64,000 nucleotides of DNA, taken from the NCBI GenBank assembly GCA_947470515.1, contig CANITF010000005.1:50719-114718 (forward strand), in the 5' to 3' direction. Under the pieces are notes generated by a model. It was not told where the DNA came from. It searched no databases and saw only the letters and a list, made by a program, of their open reading frames with translations. Position numbers and translations under genes: made by a program. This DNA is from Flavobacteriales bacterium (GTDB taxonomy: Bacteria; Bacteroidota; Bacteroidia; Flavobacteriales_D; Crocinitomicaceae). This document shows positions 38,200 to 47,056 of this stretch, piece after piece. Every line of letters starts with the position of its first letter. The first letter of the stretch is position 1.

Positions 38200-39054
38200 T
38201 TAAAACATTTCATCAAATCGAAAAGTTTCAGATAATCGAACACCTTTTTCTGTCATCTGAAGTGTGCAACATTCATTCACACTATCATGCTCAAGAAATA
38301 AGACAAATTCATTTTTCACAGCATTGTTTAAAAACGTTTCTTTTTCACTCATAGTGATTAAAGGACGAGTGTCATATCCCATTACAAATGGTAAAGGAAT
38401 GTGTCCCACACTTGGTAAAAGGTCCGCCATAAAAACGATTGTTTTATTTTGGTAAGTAATGTGAGGAATCATCATGCTTTCGGTATGACCGTCAACAAAT
38501 AATACGTCAAAGTTTTCGAATACATTTTTAGTGAAATCTCCCGTTCTTTCAATGAATTTCAATTGTCCACTTTCTTGAATTGGTAAAATGTTCTCACTTA
38601 AAAACGATGCTTTTTCTCTTGAATTTGGTTCTGTTGCCCATTTCCAATGGTTTTCTGTACTCCAATAAGTAGCATTTTTAAAAGCTGGTTCGAACCCAGT
38701 CCTTTCTTTATTCCATTGAATTGCCCCCCCACAATGGTCAAAATGAAGATGTGTTAAAAAAACATCCGTAATATCATTCGGTGAAAAGCCGAGAGACTTT
38801 AAATTTCCAATTAAGCTATCATTTCCATGCATATAATAATGGGAGAAAAACTTTTCCGATTGCTTGTCTCCGATGCCAGCATCAATTAAAATCAGTTTAT
38901 CTCCATCTTCAATTAACATGGAGCGCATTGACCAATCACACATATTATTTGCATCAGCTGGGTTGGTTTTTTGCCATAAAGTTTTTGGAACAACGCCAAA
39001 CATTGCTCCGCCATCTAATTTGAAATTTCCGGTATTAAGTGGGTGAATTTTCAT
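38200..39054 (-). CDS. MBL-fold metallo-hydrolase
   Basis: THLHFDHCGG (HxHxDH motif), plus a later His/Asp (VDGHTESM). Confidence 0.8.
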   Translation of the reverse strand: MKIHPLNTGNFKLDGGAMFGVVPKTLWQKTNPADANNMCDWSMRSMLIEDGDKLILIDAGIGDKQSEKFFSHYYMHGNDSLIGNLKSLGFSPNDITDVFLTHLHFDHCGGAIQWNKERTGFEPAFKNATYWSTENHWKWATEPNSREKASFLSENILPIQESGQLKFIERTGDFTKNVFENFDVLFVDGHTESMMIPHITYQNKTIVFMADLLPSVGHIPLPFVMGYDTRPLITMSEKETFLNNAVKNEFVLFLEHDSVNECCTLQMTEKGVRLSETFRFDEMF

Positions 39055-39074
39055 GCGTTAATTGTTTTAATAAT

Positions 39075-39947
39075 TCAATAGAGATTTGCGAAATACAAAA
39101 GTACTATCGCGGTAATTGCTGCAATTAAACCTAAAATTTTTCGAACAGTAACATTTTCCTTAAAAGCAATAAAACCAACTAATGCAGCAATCATAACAAT
39201 AGATACGTTCATTATTGCAAGCACTGTGGAATCATTCCAACCAGTTGATTTATAGGAAACGATTAACAGGTAAATTGAAAAGTAATTTGGTATCCCAAGG
39301 ATAATTCCTGCAAGAATATTTCGAGAGGCGAAAACTGTTTTTTTTCTATAAATACGGTAGAGCAGAATTCCGAATCCAATACATCCTGCTAATCCAAATC
39401 CGAAGGCTGAAAAAAGTGAAGGAGTTAGTATATTTAATTCGTATTTCTGAACATAATTCAATACGAAATCTAAGAATCCACTGCCGATAAAAAGTATTAA
39501 GAGCATCCATAAGGATGTATTCGTCTTGTTTTCTGTGGTCTTAGAAAATGTAACTAAGAATACGCCTAAAAATGCAAAGATAATTCCTGCTATTTTCAAA
39601 AGGGAAAGAGGTTCTCTATATAAAACAATCATGAACATCATGGAGATTGCCATGCTCATTTTTACAGCAATCGAAGTAAGTGCTACTCCATTTTTCTGAG
39701 AACTAATTCCCATCAAAATAAACAAGGAAATAAATAGAATAGCACATAAAACAATATACCAATGCCAATTTCCAGAATCTAAAGCTGCAGCATTCCATTC
39801 CTTTCCAAATAGCAGAACACCACAAACGAACGCCGTGAAATAATTGAAAACGATGGCTTGAAAAGTATCAATTTTGAATTTGGGGAACAGTTTGAAAATA
39901 ATAAAAATCAAACTTGAACATAGGATGGAGACTAGTAATGGAATCAT
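39075..39947 (-). CDS. EamA/DMT-family transporter
   Basis: 290 aa with about 10 hydrophobic helices in two similar halves. It overlaps ribD by 4 nt. Confidence 0.65.
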   Translation of the reverse strand: MIPLLVSILCSSLIFIIFKLFPKFKIDTFQAIVFNYFTAFVCGVLLFGKEWNAAALDSGNWHWYIVLCAILFISLFILMGISSQKNGVALTSIAVKMSMAISMMFMIVLYREPLSLLKIAGIIFAFLGVFLVTFSKTTENKTNTSLWMLLILFIGSGFLDFVLNYVQKYELNILTPSLFSAFGFGLAGCIGFGILLYRIYRKKTVFASRNILAGIILGIPNYFSIYLLIVSYKSTGWNDSTVLAIMNVSIVMIAALVGFIAFKENVTVRKILGLIAAITAIVLLYFANLY

Positions 39948-40978
39948 TTTCTGAAATAATGATAAACAGTGTCTGTTGAAAATGGGTAGCTATATGCAGG
40001 AACTTTGTTGATGGTTGGAGCTTTTGTGCCTTCACCAAAAAGTGTATTACCTACAATAACACGTGCTTCATCCCAAACATTTCCAAAAATAAAATACTGC
40101 AGGGTTCTACTTCCGCCTTCCACAAAAACAGATAGTATGTTTCGCTTATATAATTCTTCTAATATTAGTTCCGTATTCGTTTCACTAATTTTTATCCATT
40201 CGGTCATTCCTTTAACTTCGTTTCTAGAACGATTGAAAATGATAGTTGGAGCATCATCGGAAAAAATATTGAGTTCCTCGGATAGTTGCAATTGGCTATC
40301 AATAATAATTCTTGTTGGATTCACGCCGCTAAATTCACGCACTGTTAGTGAAGGATTGTCGTTTTGTACTGTTTTTCTTCCTACTAAAATACTTTGTTCT
40401 TCAGATCGCCATTTATGAACCAGCGCTTTTGTTTCAGGCGCCGAAATCCAATTAACTCCTTGTTCTTCTGAATCACGAATTTTATCCAAATAACCATCCT
40501 TTGTTTGAGCCCACTTGAGAATAACATAAGGTCGTTGTCGTTCGTGAAAAGTGAAAAAACGTTTGTTTAGTTCTCTGCATTTTTTTTCAAGGATTCCAAT
40601 TTGAACATCAATTCCAGCTTTATTGAGTCTTTCAATACCTTTTCCACTAACTTTTGTATGAATGTCTTTGCAACCGATAATTACTCTTGGAATTCCCATT
40701 TCAACTATTAAATCTGAACAAGGAGGGGTTTTTCCAAAATGAGAACAAGGCTCTAAAGAAACATAAATTGTTGAGTTTTTCAGAAGGGATTTGTCTTGAA
40801 CAGCATTTATAGCATTAACTTCTGCATGTGCTTCGCCATAACGTTGATGAAAACCTTCACCAATAATTTTGTCATCGTACACAATTACAGCGCCAACCAT
40901 CGGATTAGGAGCAACAAGCCCTTGTCCCAATCGTGCAAGTTCTATGCAACGCTGCATGTATATTTCGTCTGAATTCAC
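39944..40978 (-). CDS. ribD: Bifunctional riboflavin-biosynthesis deaminase/reductase
   Basis: NPMVGAVIV, HAEVNAI and EPCSHFGKTPPC form the CDA Zn site. A C-terminal reductase domain follows (KWAQTKDGY...VEGG). Confidence 0.92.
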   Translation of the reverse strand: MNSDEIYMQRCIELARLGQGLVAPNPMVGAVIVYDDKIIGEGFHQRYGEAHAEVNAINAVQDKSLLKNSTIYVSLEPCSHFGKTPPCSDLIVEMGIPRVIIGCKDIHTKVSGKGIERLNKAGIDVQIGILEKKCRELNKRFFTFHERQRPYVILKWAQTKDGYLDKIRDSEEQGVNWISAPETKALVHKWRSEEQSILVGRKTVQNDNPSLTVREFSGVNPTRIIIDSQLQLSEELNIFSDDAPTIIFNRSRNEVKGMTEWIKISETNTELILEELYKRNILSVFVEGGSRTLQYFIFGNVWDEARVIVGNTLFGEGTKAPTINKVPAYSYPFSTDTVYHYFRK

Positions 40979-41006
40979 AAGGACGAAGATACAGTATTCA
41001 ATTTTA

Positions 41007-41048
41007 AGTTGCTAATTACAAGTTACAAGTTTATAACTACAAGTTAAG
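41007..41048. repeat. Six tandem degenerate heptamers (AGTTGCT AATTACA AGTTACA AGTTTAT AACTACA AGTTAAG)
   Basis: Read directly in the divergent ribD/MFS spacer. Confidence 0.8.
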
Positions 41049-41078
41049 AATCGACTCAGGATAATAGATAGAAACGAA

Positions 41079-41108
41079 CAATGAGGATATCGAGCGATAG
41101 TCGAGATG
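41079..41108. repeat. 30-nt dispersed core CAATGAGGATATCGAGCGATAGTCGAGATG
   Basis: 28/30 identical to the reverse complement of 56437-56466. Confidence 0.9.
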
Positions 41109-41160
41109 AGGAATTGTGAAATACGAAGTTCAATTCAGGTGAAAATGTTATTTTCGTTCT

Positions 41161-42468
41161 ATGGAAAAAACCAAATTGAGAAAGAAAAATTTACAGATTG
41201 CATTGATATTAGTTGTGGCAGCATTGGGTTATTTTGTTGATATCTATGATCTTGTTCTATTTGGCGTCGTGAAAGGTGAAAGTCTAAAACAGATTATGCC
41301 CTTAGCTACGGATAATGCTATTGCGGCAACTGGAAAGTTTCTCTTTAATATGCAGATGTTGGGAATGCTTTTCGGTGGATTGCTTTGGGGAATATTAGGA
41401 GATAAAAAGGGAAGGTTAAAAGTACTTTTTGGTTCGATTTTATTGTATTCAATAGCCAATATTGCCAATGCTTTTGTAACGGATGTTTCAACATATGCAG
41501 TGATTCGTATTATTGCTGGAATTGGTTTGGCAGGCGAATTAGGTGCTGGAATTACGTTGGTATCAGAAATGATGTCAAAAGAAAAAAGGGGATATGGCAC
41601 AATGATAATCGTAACTTTCGGTGCACTTGGCGCTGTCGTTGCTTCATTGGTTGGATCGAAAGGGGAAGTGATTGGCGATTTCTTTTATTCTACTATTGGG
41701 ATTCAATTTGCTAATTGGCAAGTTGCGTATATTGTAGGAGGAATAATGGGGTTAGTGCTTTTATTGTTGCGTGTTGGGACAATAGAATCCGATTTCTTTA
41801 AAAATGTGAAACACGATGAAGGAGTGAAAAAAGGTGATTTGAAACTCATCTTTAAGAACAAGAAAAATTTGATTAAATACCTTCATTGTATTTTCATTGG
41901 GATTCCTATTTGGTTTGTGATTGGCTTGTTGATTATGAATTCGAAAGACAATTTTGGACCTTGGTTAGGTGTTGAAAATGTTGTAAATGGAAAAGCTGTA
42001 ATGTATGCTTATATTGGTTTGTCATTTGGCGATTTACTATCTGGGATATTAAGCCAAATTTTGAAAAGCAGGAAAATAGTCGTTTATCTTTACTTGGTGT
42101 TTACGTTCATATTGACAATCATTTTCTTATTTGTTCTTAAAGATATTTCATTGAGCACGTATTATTTGATGTGTTTTTTATTGGGAACAGGAACAGGTTA
42201 TTGGGCGATATTTGTAACAATAGCAGCAGAACAATTCGGAACGAATATCAGGTCTACAGCGGCAAATACAATTCCTAATTTTGTAAGAGGTTCAGTGAGT
42301 TTAATTACCTTAACTTTTGGAATGTTAGTTTCTTTTAATTTGAATGATGGCGCTGCTGCTTTTATTGTTGGAGTTGTGTTTTTGTTGATTGCACTTTATA
42401 GCATAAGCCAATTAAAAGAAACATTTGGTAAAGATTTAAATTACCTTGAAACGGGGGAGATTATATAA
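41161..42468 (+). CDS. MFS transporter
   Basis: 435 aa with about 12 TM helices. The GDKKGRLKV loop motif between TM2 and TM3 (G-x-x-x-D-R/K-x-G-R-R/K) is typical of the MFS. Confidence 0.8.
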   Translation: MEKTKLRKKNLQIALILVVAALGYFVDIYDLVLFGVVKGESLKQIMPLATDNAIAATGKFLFNMQMLGMLFGGLLWGILGDKKGRLKVLFGSILLYSIANIANAFVTDVSTYAVIRIIAGIGLAGELGAGITLVSEMMSKEKRGYGTMIIVTFGALGAVVASLVGSKGEVIGDFFYSTIGIQFANWQVAYIVGGIMGLVLLLLRVGTIESDFFKNVKHDEGVKKGDLKLIFKNKKNLIKYLHCIFIGIPIWFVIGLLIMNSKDNFGPWLGVENVVNGKAVMYAYIGLSFGDLLSGILSQILKSRKIVVYLYLVFTFILTIIFLFVLKDISLSTYYLMCFLLGTGTGYWAIFVTIAAEQFGTNIRSTAANTIPNFVRGSVSLITLTFGMLVSFNLNDGAAAFIVGVVFLLIALYSISQLKETFGKDLNYLETGEII

Positions 42469-42483
42469 TTGAACTTAGGTTAA

Positions 42484-43095
42484 CTAATCTTTTTCCCAAA
42501 GGCGTTTATGTGTTCCTTTATGTTTTTCTCGTCTCCATTCATGTTCCTTCGCTTGGTGAATTAATTTTCTACGTACAATTTTGGGATAGAATATTTTCCT
42601 CCAAGATTTAAAGAATGAATATTTTTTTACAATACCTAGTTGTGCTAATATTTCATATGTTGAGGAACCACATCTGTAACCGAAAAAAGAATAATCATAT
42701 GGAGAATTGTCGATGTAGGATTTGCAAATAGAATCAAATTGTAATCGCTTATCATGAGAAATAGGTATATGAATAACGAGTGTTTTCACACTGTCAACAT
42801 CTTTATCCATAATATGATTGAATTCATGAATTGATTGAAAAGCGTATTTCCCATTTTTATATTTTTTGTGCTGAAAAATGTGAACATTTCCTTCATAGAA
42901 AAAACTCAAAAAACATGTATCGTTGTATCGAATGCCAACATGACCACCAAGCATTCCACCGAACCATATTTTCTGTTCTTTTTTATGCTCAGGTCTTGGT
43001 TTTGAACCGTATAGAAAACGCACTTGCAGCGTGTCCATTTGAGTGAACGCCGTTAGTGAGAAAAACATTAAATAGATATGTAATAAATACCTCAT
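42484..43095 (-). CDS. Hypothetical exported protein, possibly a permuted papain-like (YaeF/YiiX-type) hydrolase
   Basis: Signal peptide. GGHVGIRY (His) lies upstream of FGYRCGSSTYEIL (Cys), the His-before-Cys order seen in permuted NlpC/P60 enzymes. The C-terminal tail is basic. Confidence 0.5.
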   Translation of the reverse strand: MRYLLHIYLMFFSLTAFTQMDTLQVRFLYGSKPRPEHKKEQKIWFGGMLGGHVGIRYNDTCFLSFFYEGNVHIFQHKKYKNGKYAFQSIHEFNHIMDKDVDSVKTLVIHIPISHDKRLQFDSICKSYIDNSPYDYSFFGYRCGSSTYEILAQLGIVKKYSFFKSWRKIFYPKIVRRKLIHQAKEHEWRREKHKGTHKRLWEKD

Positions 43096-43102
43096 TTTGA
43101 AA

Positions 43103-43137
43103 AATAAAAAAACCGCTCAGATTAAAACTGAACGGTT
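43103..43137 (-). terminator. Rho-independent terminator for the peroxiredoxin gene
   Basis: On the minus strand, AACCGTTCAG, a loop and CTGAGCGGTT form a 10-bp stem with one G-U pair, followed by a T-run (plus-strand A-run at 43101-43112). Confidence 0.8.
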
Positions 43138-43162
43138 AAGATAATACTATTGAAAGTTAATT

Positions 43163-43795
43163 TTAGTGTTTTCCTAAATAATCAGCAACTCCATCAAAAC
43201 TTGCCTTCATTCCTTCATCTCCTTTGTGCCAGTTTGCAGGACAAACTTCCCCATTTTCTTCGAAGAATTGCAATGCATCAACCATTCTCAATGCTTCATC
43301 AACGTTTCTTCCTAATGGGAACATATTCACTAATTGGTGCATAACAGTTCCAGATTTGTCGATTAAAAATAATCCACGGTATGCAATCATTGGACCAGTT
43401 GCAGCCAAATTACCTTCCATATCATATTCATATTCACCAGCTAAAACACCAAATGCTTCTGAAATTGTTTTCGAAGTATCTGCAACGATTGGGTATTTAA
43501 CGCCTTCAATTCCTCCTTTGTTTTTTGGAACTTGTAACCAACCCCAATGTGATTCTTCTGTATCTGTTGAACAAGCAACAACTTTTACTCCTCTTGATTC
43601 AAATTCACCTAATTGAGCTTGAAAAGCGTGTAATTCCGAAGGACAAACGAATGTAAAATCTTTTGGATAAAAGAAGAACAACACGTGATTTTTTCCTAAA
43701 TATTGATCCAATGAAAAATCATTCACTATTTCTATTCCGTTAACAACGGCTGCAGCCTTGAAAGATGGTGCTTTTTTTCCTACTAAAACGCTCAT
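43163..43795 (-). CDS. ahpC: Typical 2-Cys peroxiredoxin (AhpC/Prx1 subfamily)
   Basis: The start is MSVLVGKKAPSF (ATG at 43795). The peroxidatic Cys is in FYPKDFTFVCPSE and the resolving Cys in GEVCPANW. Confidence 0.9.
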   Translation of the reverse strand: MSVLVGKKAPSFKAAAVVNGIEIVNDFSLDQYLGKNHVLFFFYPKDFTFVCPSELHAFQAQLGEFESRGVKVVACSTDTEESHWGWLQVPKNKGGIEGVKYPIVADTSKTISEAFGVLAGEYEYDMEGNLAATGPMIAYRGLFLIDKSGTVMHQLVNMFPLGRNVDEALRMVDALQFFEENGEVCPANWHKGDEGMKASFDGVADYLGKH

Positions 43796-43875
43796 TTTAT
43801 TTTTGTTTTTAATGTTGATTTTCGTTGATGTAAATTTACTCCTTTTAAAAATTAGACAGATTAAATTTACGCTCA

Positions 43876-43890
43876 ATCTTTGACAAAGAT
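43876..43890. promoter_or_regulatory. Perfect 7-1-7 palindrome ATCTTTGACAAAGAT (LysR-type T-N11-A box) overlapping a minus-strand TATCTTTG -7 box. It is a candidate OxyR operator and ahpC promoter.
   Basis: Read directly in the divergent ahpC/oxyR spacer. The minus-strand TAnnTTTG match is at 43884-43891, about 90 nt upstream of the ahpC ATG. Confidence 0.4.
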
Positions 43891-43949
43891 ACCACCGAAA
43901 TTCTATTGTTATTATCGATTAATTTTATATTTACATAAATTTAATCTAT

Positions 43950-44888
43950 ATGATTTCAATTCAACAAATGCAATACATTTTGGTATTGAGTGAACAAAAG
44001 CAATTTCAGCGAGCGAGTGAACTATGTTTTGTAACACAACCAACCTTGTCCATGCAAGTGAAAAAGGCAGAAGAGGATTTGGGTTACGCCATTTTTGATA
44101 GGTCAAAAAATCCAATAGAATTAACTATTTATGGCATGAAATTAATTCCTTTGATTCGGGACGTACTGAATGAAACTGGTAAAATTGAAGTGCTAACGAA
44201 AAAATTCAAAGGGATTTACAAAGAACAAGTAAGAATTGGAATCATTCCAACGATTGCAAGTTATTTAGTTGCTGATATGTTTTCTCTTTGGCAAGAAAAA
44301 TTAAAAGGAATACAATTAATCATTCTTGAACAAAAGACAGAGGAGTTATTAGTTTCACTCGAGCGAAAAGAATTGGACATGGCTATTTTGGCGGGACCTC
44401 TTAATGATTCAAAAATGAGAACAATTCCACTCTTTAAAGAAGAAATTCTAGCATTTTGCCCAAGTTTAAAAAATAAAACAATCTTAACGAATGACCTAAA
44501 TGATTTACATCCCTGGTTGTTGAGTAAAGGGAATTGTTTGCGAACCCAAATGATCCAATTTTGTGAAATTAAAGAGGATAATGAATCAGATTCTTGGAAT
44601 TATGAAGGCGGAAATATTGAACTATTAATGAAAATGGTTGAGCAGAATGGCGGTTATACTCTGGTTCCTAAAAATTATCATTTAAATGAACATCAAAGGA
44701 AACAATTAAGGTCAATTAAAACAAGGGCCGGGGCAGATGAAGCAGTTCCAGCGAGAGAAATTATTGCAGTTTCACCAAATAAAACACTAAAATGGAATTC
44801 TTTAGACGCACTTATTCGTGAAGTTCAAGTGAATTACAACAAGCATAAAAAAGATTCAAAAATGACCATTTTAGATTGGAATGGATAG
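43950..44888 (+). CDS. oxyR: LysR-family transcriptional regulator, OxyR-like
   Basis: N-terminal wHTH IQQMQYILVLSEQKQFQRASELCFVTQPTLSMQVKKAEEDLG. It is divergent from a peroxiredoxin gene, which is the classic oxyR arrangement. Confidence 0.75.
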   Translation: MISIQQMQYILVLSEQKQFQRASELCFVTQPTLSMQVKKAEEDLGYAIFDRSKNPIELTIYGMKLIPLIRDVLNETGKIEVLTKKFKGIYKEQVRIGIIPTIASYLVADMFSLWQEKLKGIQLIILEQKTEELLVSLERKELDMAILAGPLNDSKMRTIPLFKEEILAFCPSLKNKTILTNDLNDLHPWLLSKGNCLRTQMIQFCEIKEDNESDSWNYEGGNIELLMKMVEQNGGYTLVPKNYHLNEHQRKQLRSIKTRAGADEAVPAREIIAVSPNKTLKWNSLDALIREVQVNYNKHKKDSKMTILDWNG

Positions 44889-44894
44889 CAGTTG

Positions 44895-46112
44895 TTAAAT
44901 GCCAAAATTATTTTCCAAATGTGAAATAATTTTGACCGTAGCACCTTTATTTTTTAAAACTGTTGCTGCTGTTTTGTCAGAAAGTTCAGCAATATTTTGT
45001 TCAATTTTTTTAATTGTATTATCGAATTCAGATGAATTATTCACTGTAAAACCAATTCCAGCATGGATAAACATACTTGCTTCAGGAAAGCGTTTGAATT
45101 TAGGCCCAAAAATAACAGGTAGTCCAAAAACAGCGGGTTCTAAGATGTTGTGCAAATTTCCAGAAAATCCTCCACCGATATAAGCGATTTTTCCGTATGA
45201 ATAAGCATTTGAGAGATTGCCTATTGTATTTAGAATTAAAACCTGTGAATCTGAAAACGATTCGTCAGAATATCTTTGTGTCTTTCCAGTTAATTGTTGT
45301 TCAATCGAAACAATATGCGCTTCATCAATAGTATGGGGCGCAAGAATGAATTTTTGATTAGGATTCTTTAAAATGAAAGGAATTAGTATTTCTTCATCTT
45401 TTGGCCATGTACTTCCCAATATAATTGCTCTCCCGCCTTTTAAAAACAATTCGATTTTGTCATTTGGAACAAGCTGTTTTTTATTTTCAATAACGCGATC
45501 AAAACGGGTGTCACCAGTAGTAGTGAAGTTGTTAATTCCAATATCCGCAAGTAATAAAGAAGAACGTTCATTTTGCGTATAAAAGAAGTCAATTTGTCTT
45601 AATGTATCTCTGAAAAAACCGCCATACCATTTAAAGAAGCGATGGTCGTCTCTAAATATTGCGCATAAGGAGAATACTTGAACGTGTTGTTTTCTTGCTT
45701 CAAAAATATAATTCGACCAAAATTCATACTTCACAAAAAATGCTTTTTCAGGTTTGAAATGAGCAATGAATTTTTTTGCGTTTGCGGGACTATCGCTCGG
45801 CAAATAAACAGATAAATCAACTGAATGAATTCGTTTGTGATAGTGTTCCATTCCCGATGGAGAAAAGAAACTGACCAAAATAAATGTTGAAGGATATTTT
45901 TCTTTCAAACTATTTATTACCGGTAAAGCCATGTCAAATTCGCCTAATGAGGCACAATGGAACCAAAAAACTTTTTTGTCTGGAACCATAGGAAGATGCT
46001 TAAAATAATCTTTACGCCCTTTTACCCAAGCTTTAGCCTTTGGATTAAAATTTGCCGCAATATGAAGTGCTGCTTCATAAAGTTTAATGCCAAAATTATA
46101 GAGAATATGCAT
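44895..46112 (-). CDS. waaA: 3-deoxy-D-manno-octulosonic acid (Kdo) transferase
   Basis: WFHCASLGEF (the signature of the Kdo-transferase N-terminal domain) plus a GT-B C-terminal half. The preferred start is MHILYNF at 46112, which overlaps the upstream stop codon by 1 nt. Confidence 0.85.
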   Translation of the reverse strand: MHILYNFGIKLYEAALHIAANFNPKAKAWVKGRKDYFKHLPMVPDKKVFWFHCASLGEFDMALPVINSLKEKYPSTFILVSFFSPSGMEHYHKRIHSVDLSVYLPSDSPANAKKFIAHFKPEKAFFVKYEFWSNYIFEARKQHVQVFSLCAIFRDDHRFFKWYGGFFRDTLRQIDFFYTQNERSSLLLADIGINNFTTTGDTRFDRVIENKKQLVPNDKIELFLKGGRAIILGSTWPKDEEILIPFILKNPNQKFILAPHTIDEAHIVSIEQQLTGKTQRYSDESFSDSQVLILNTIGNLSNAYSYGKIAYIGGGFSGNLHNILEPAVFGLPVIFGPKFKRFPEASMFIHAGIGFTVNNSSEFDNTIKKIEQNIAELSDKTAATVLKNKGATVKIISHLENNFGI

Positions 46113-46870
46113 CAATCGAAATAATAATCTTTTGGCATACGTTTGTAGAAAGGGATGAACCAACCAATTTTAAAACCATATTGAAGATCCAATTTTCTTG
46201 CCGTTGATACTGGAATTTCTGGTTGATCAAAGTTGATTGTTCGCTGATTTTTTGTAAATCCTTGCTGAAAATAAAAACCTCCATAAAAATTCAAATATCC
46301 ACCATTAGACATGAATGAATATCCAACAAACTCATGAACATTTGGTCCTATGGTCAAACGATCGTACCCTTTTTTATAATCCAATTCAATCTGTGGAACT
46401 ACTTGATCTTGTGTTTCAATGCGAATGTGATGAAGTAAATAACCCATTCCTGCGTGCACAAAAATACCTGAGTTCTTATTTGGGCTTAAAATCGGAAATA
46501 CTTTTCCTACGGCGAAGTTGGCATTGAATCCGCGGGCATAAACAAGTACTTTTGCTATATCACCATTGATATCTGTTATGTTACCATATGAATCTACCAA
46601 ATCATCGAATAAACCTGTAACCCGCACTTGATTTCCGAACATAAAATTAGCATCGAATCCTAAAAACCAGTTTTTGTTTGTTTTATAACCAGCCAAAAAT
46701 CCTACATGACTCATGTAACCGAAATTATCAGCTAAATCGCCAGATGTCCAATTACCACCATAATGCACTCCAACCCAAGGTGTACCGATAATAGAATCTT
46801 TCACATTTCGCTGTCCAATTACTGAAATGCCAATAAGAAAAAAAGAGAGTGTTAAAATGCTATTTTTCAT
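46112..46870 (-). CDS. Hypothetical outer-membrane beta-barrel protein
   Basis: Signal peptide MKNSILTLSFFLIGISVIGQ and alternating aromatic/Gly-rich beta-strand pattern. Its stop overlaps the waaA start (TGATG). Confidence 0.6.
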   Translation of the reverse strand: MKNSILTLSFFLIGISVIGQRNVKDSIIGTPWVGVHYGGNWTSGDLADNFGYMSHVGFLAGYKTNKNWFLGFDANFMFGNQVRVTGLFDDLVDSYGNITDINGDIAKVLVYARGFNANFAVGKVFPILSPNKNSGIFVHAGMGYLLHHIRIETQDQVVPQIELDYKKGYDRLTIGPNVHEFVGYSFMSNGGYLNFYGGFYFQQGFTKNQRTINFDQPEIPVSTARKLDLQYGFKIGWFIPFYKRMPKDYYFD

Positions 46871-47056
46871 GCGTCAAATTTAAACGCATTTTCTTGGTTT
46901 TATTGCTAAAAAATGTAAAATGTATAAATTATTGAATGAATGATCCCGAAACCTTAAATTTCCATCCTGAAACACGGAAAATTCTTTGTTCTTAAAACAG
47001 ATATTCATAATTATAAATTATCTTTATCCTCTTAAATTCGTTAACACCATCCGTAG

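Noticed and set aside
40979-41160. FMN (RFN) riboswitch expected upstream of ribD
   Set aside because: The minus-strand leader is A/T-rich repeat DNA. I could not find the conserved G/C-rich RFN helices or core (for example the GGAUUC / AGGG..CGG type segments).
43935-43949. ATAAATTTAATCTAT, a 14/15 match to the enterobacterial OxyR half-site ATAGnTnnnAnCTAT
   Set aside because: It has no matching partner half-site at the expected 7-nt spacing, and it abuts the oxyR start codon in very A/T-rich DNA where such matches arise by chance. It is kept only as a note under the ahpC-oxyR finding.
46936-46995. 19-codon ORF (MNDPETLNFHPETRKILCS) in the spacer upstream of the sugar aminotransferase gene
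   Set aside because: It has no promoter box, hydrophobic or otherwise recognisable character, or terminator framing, so it is indistinguishable from a chance ORF.
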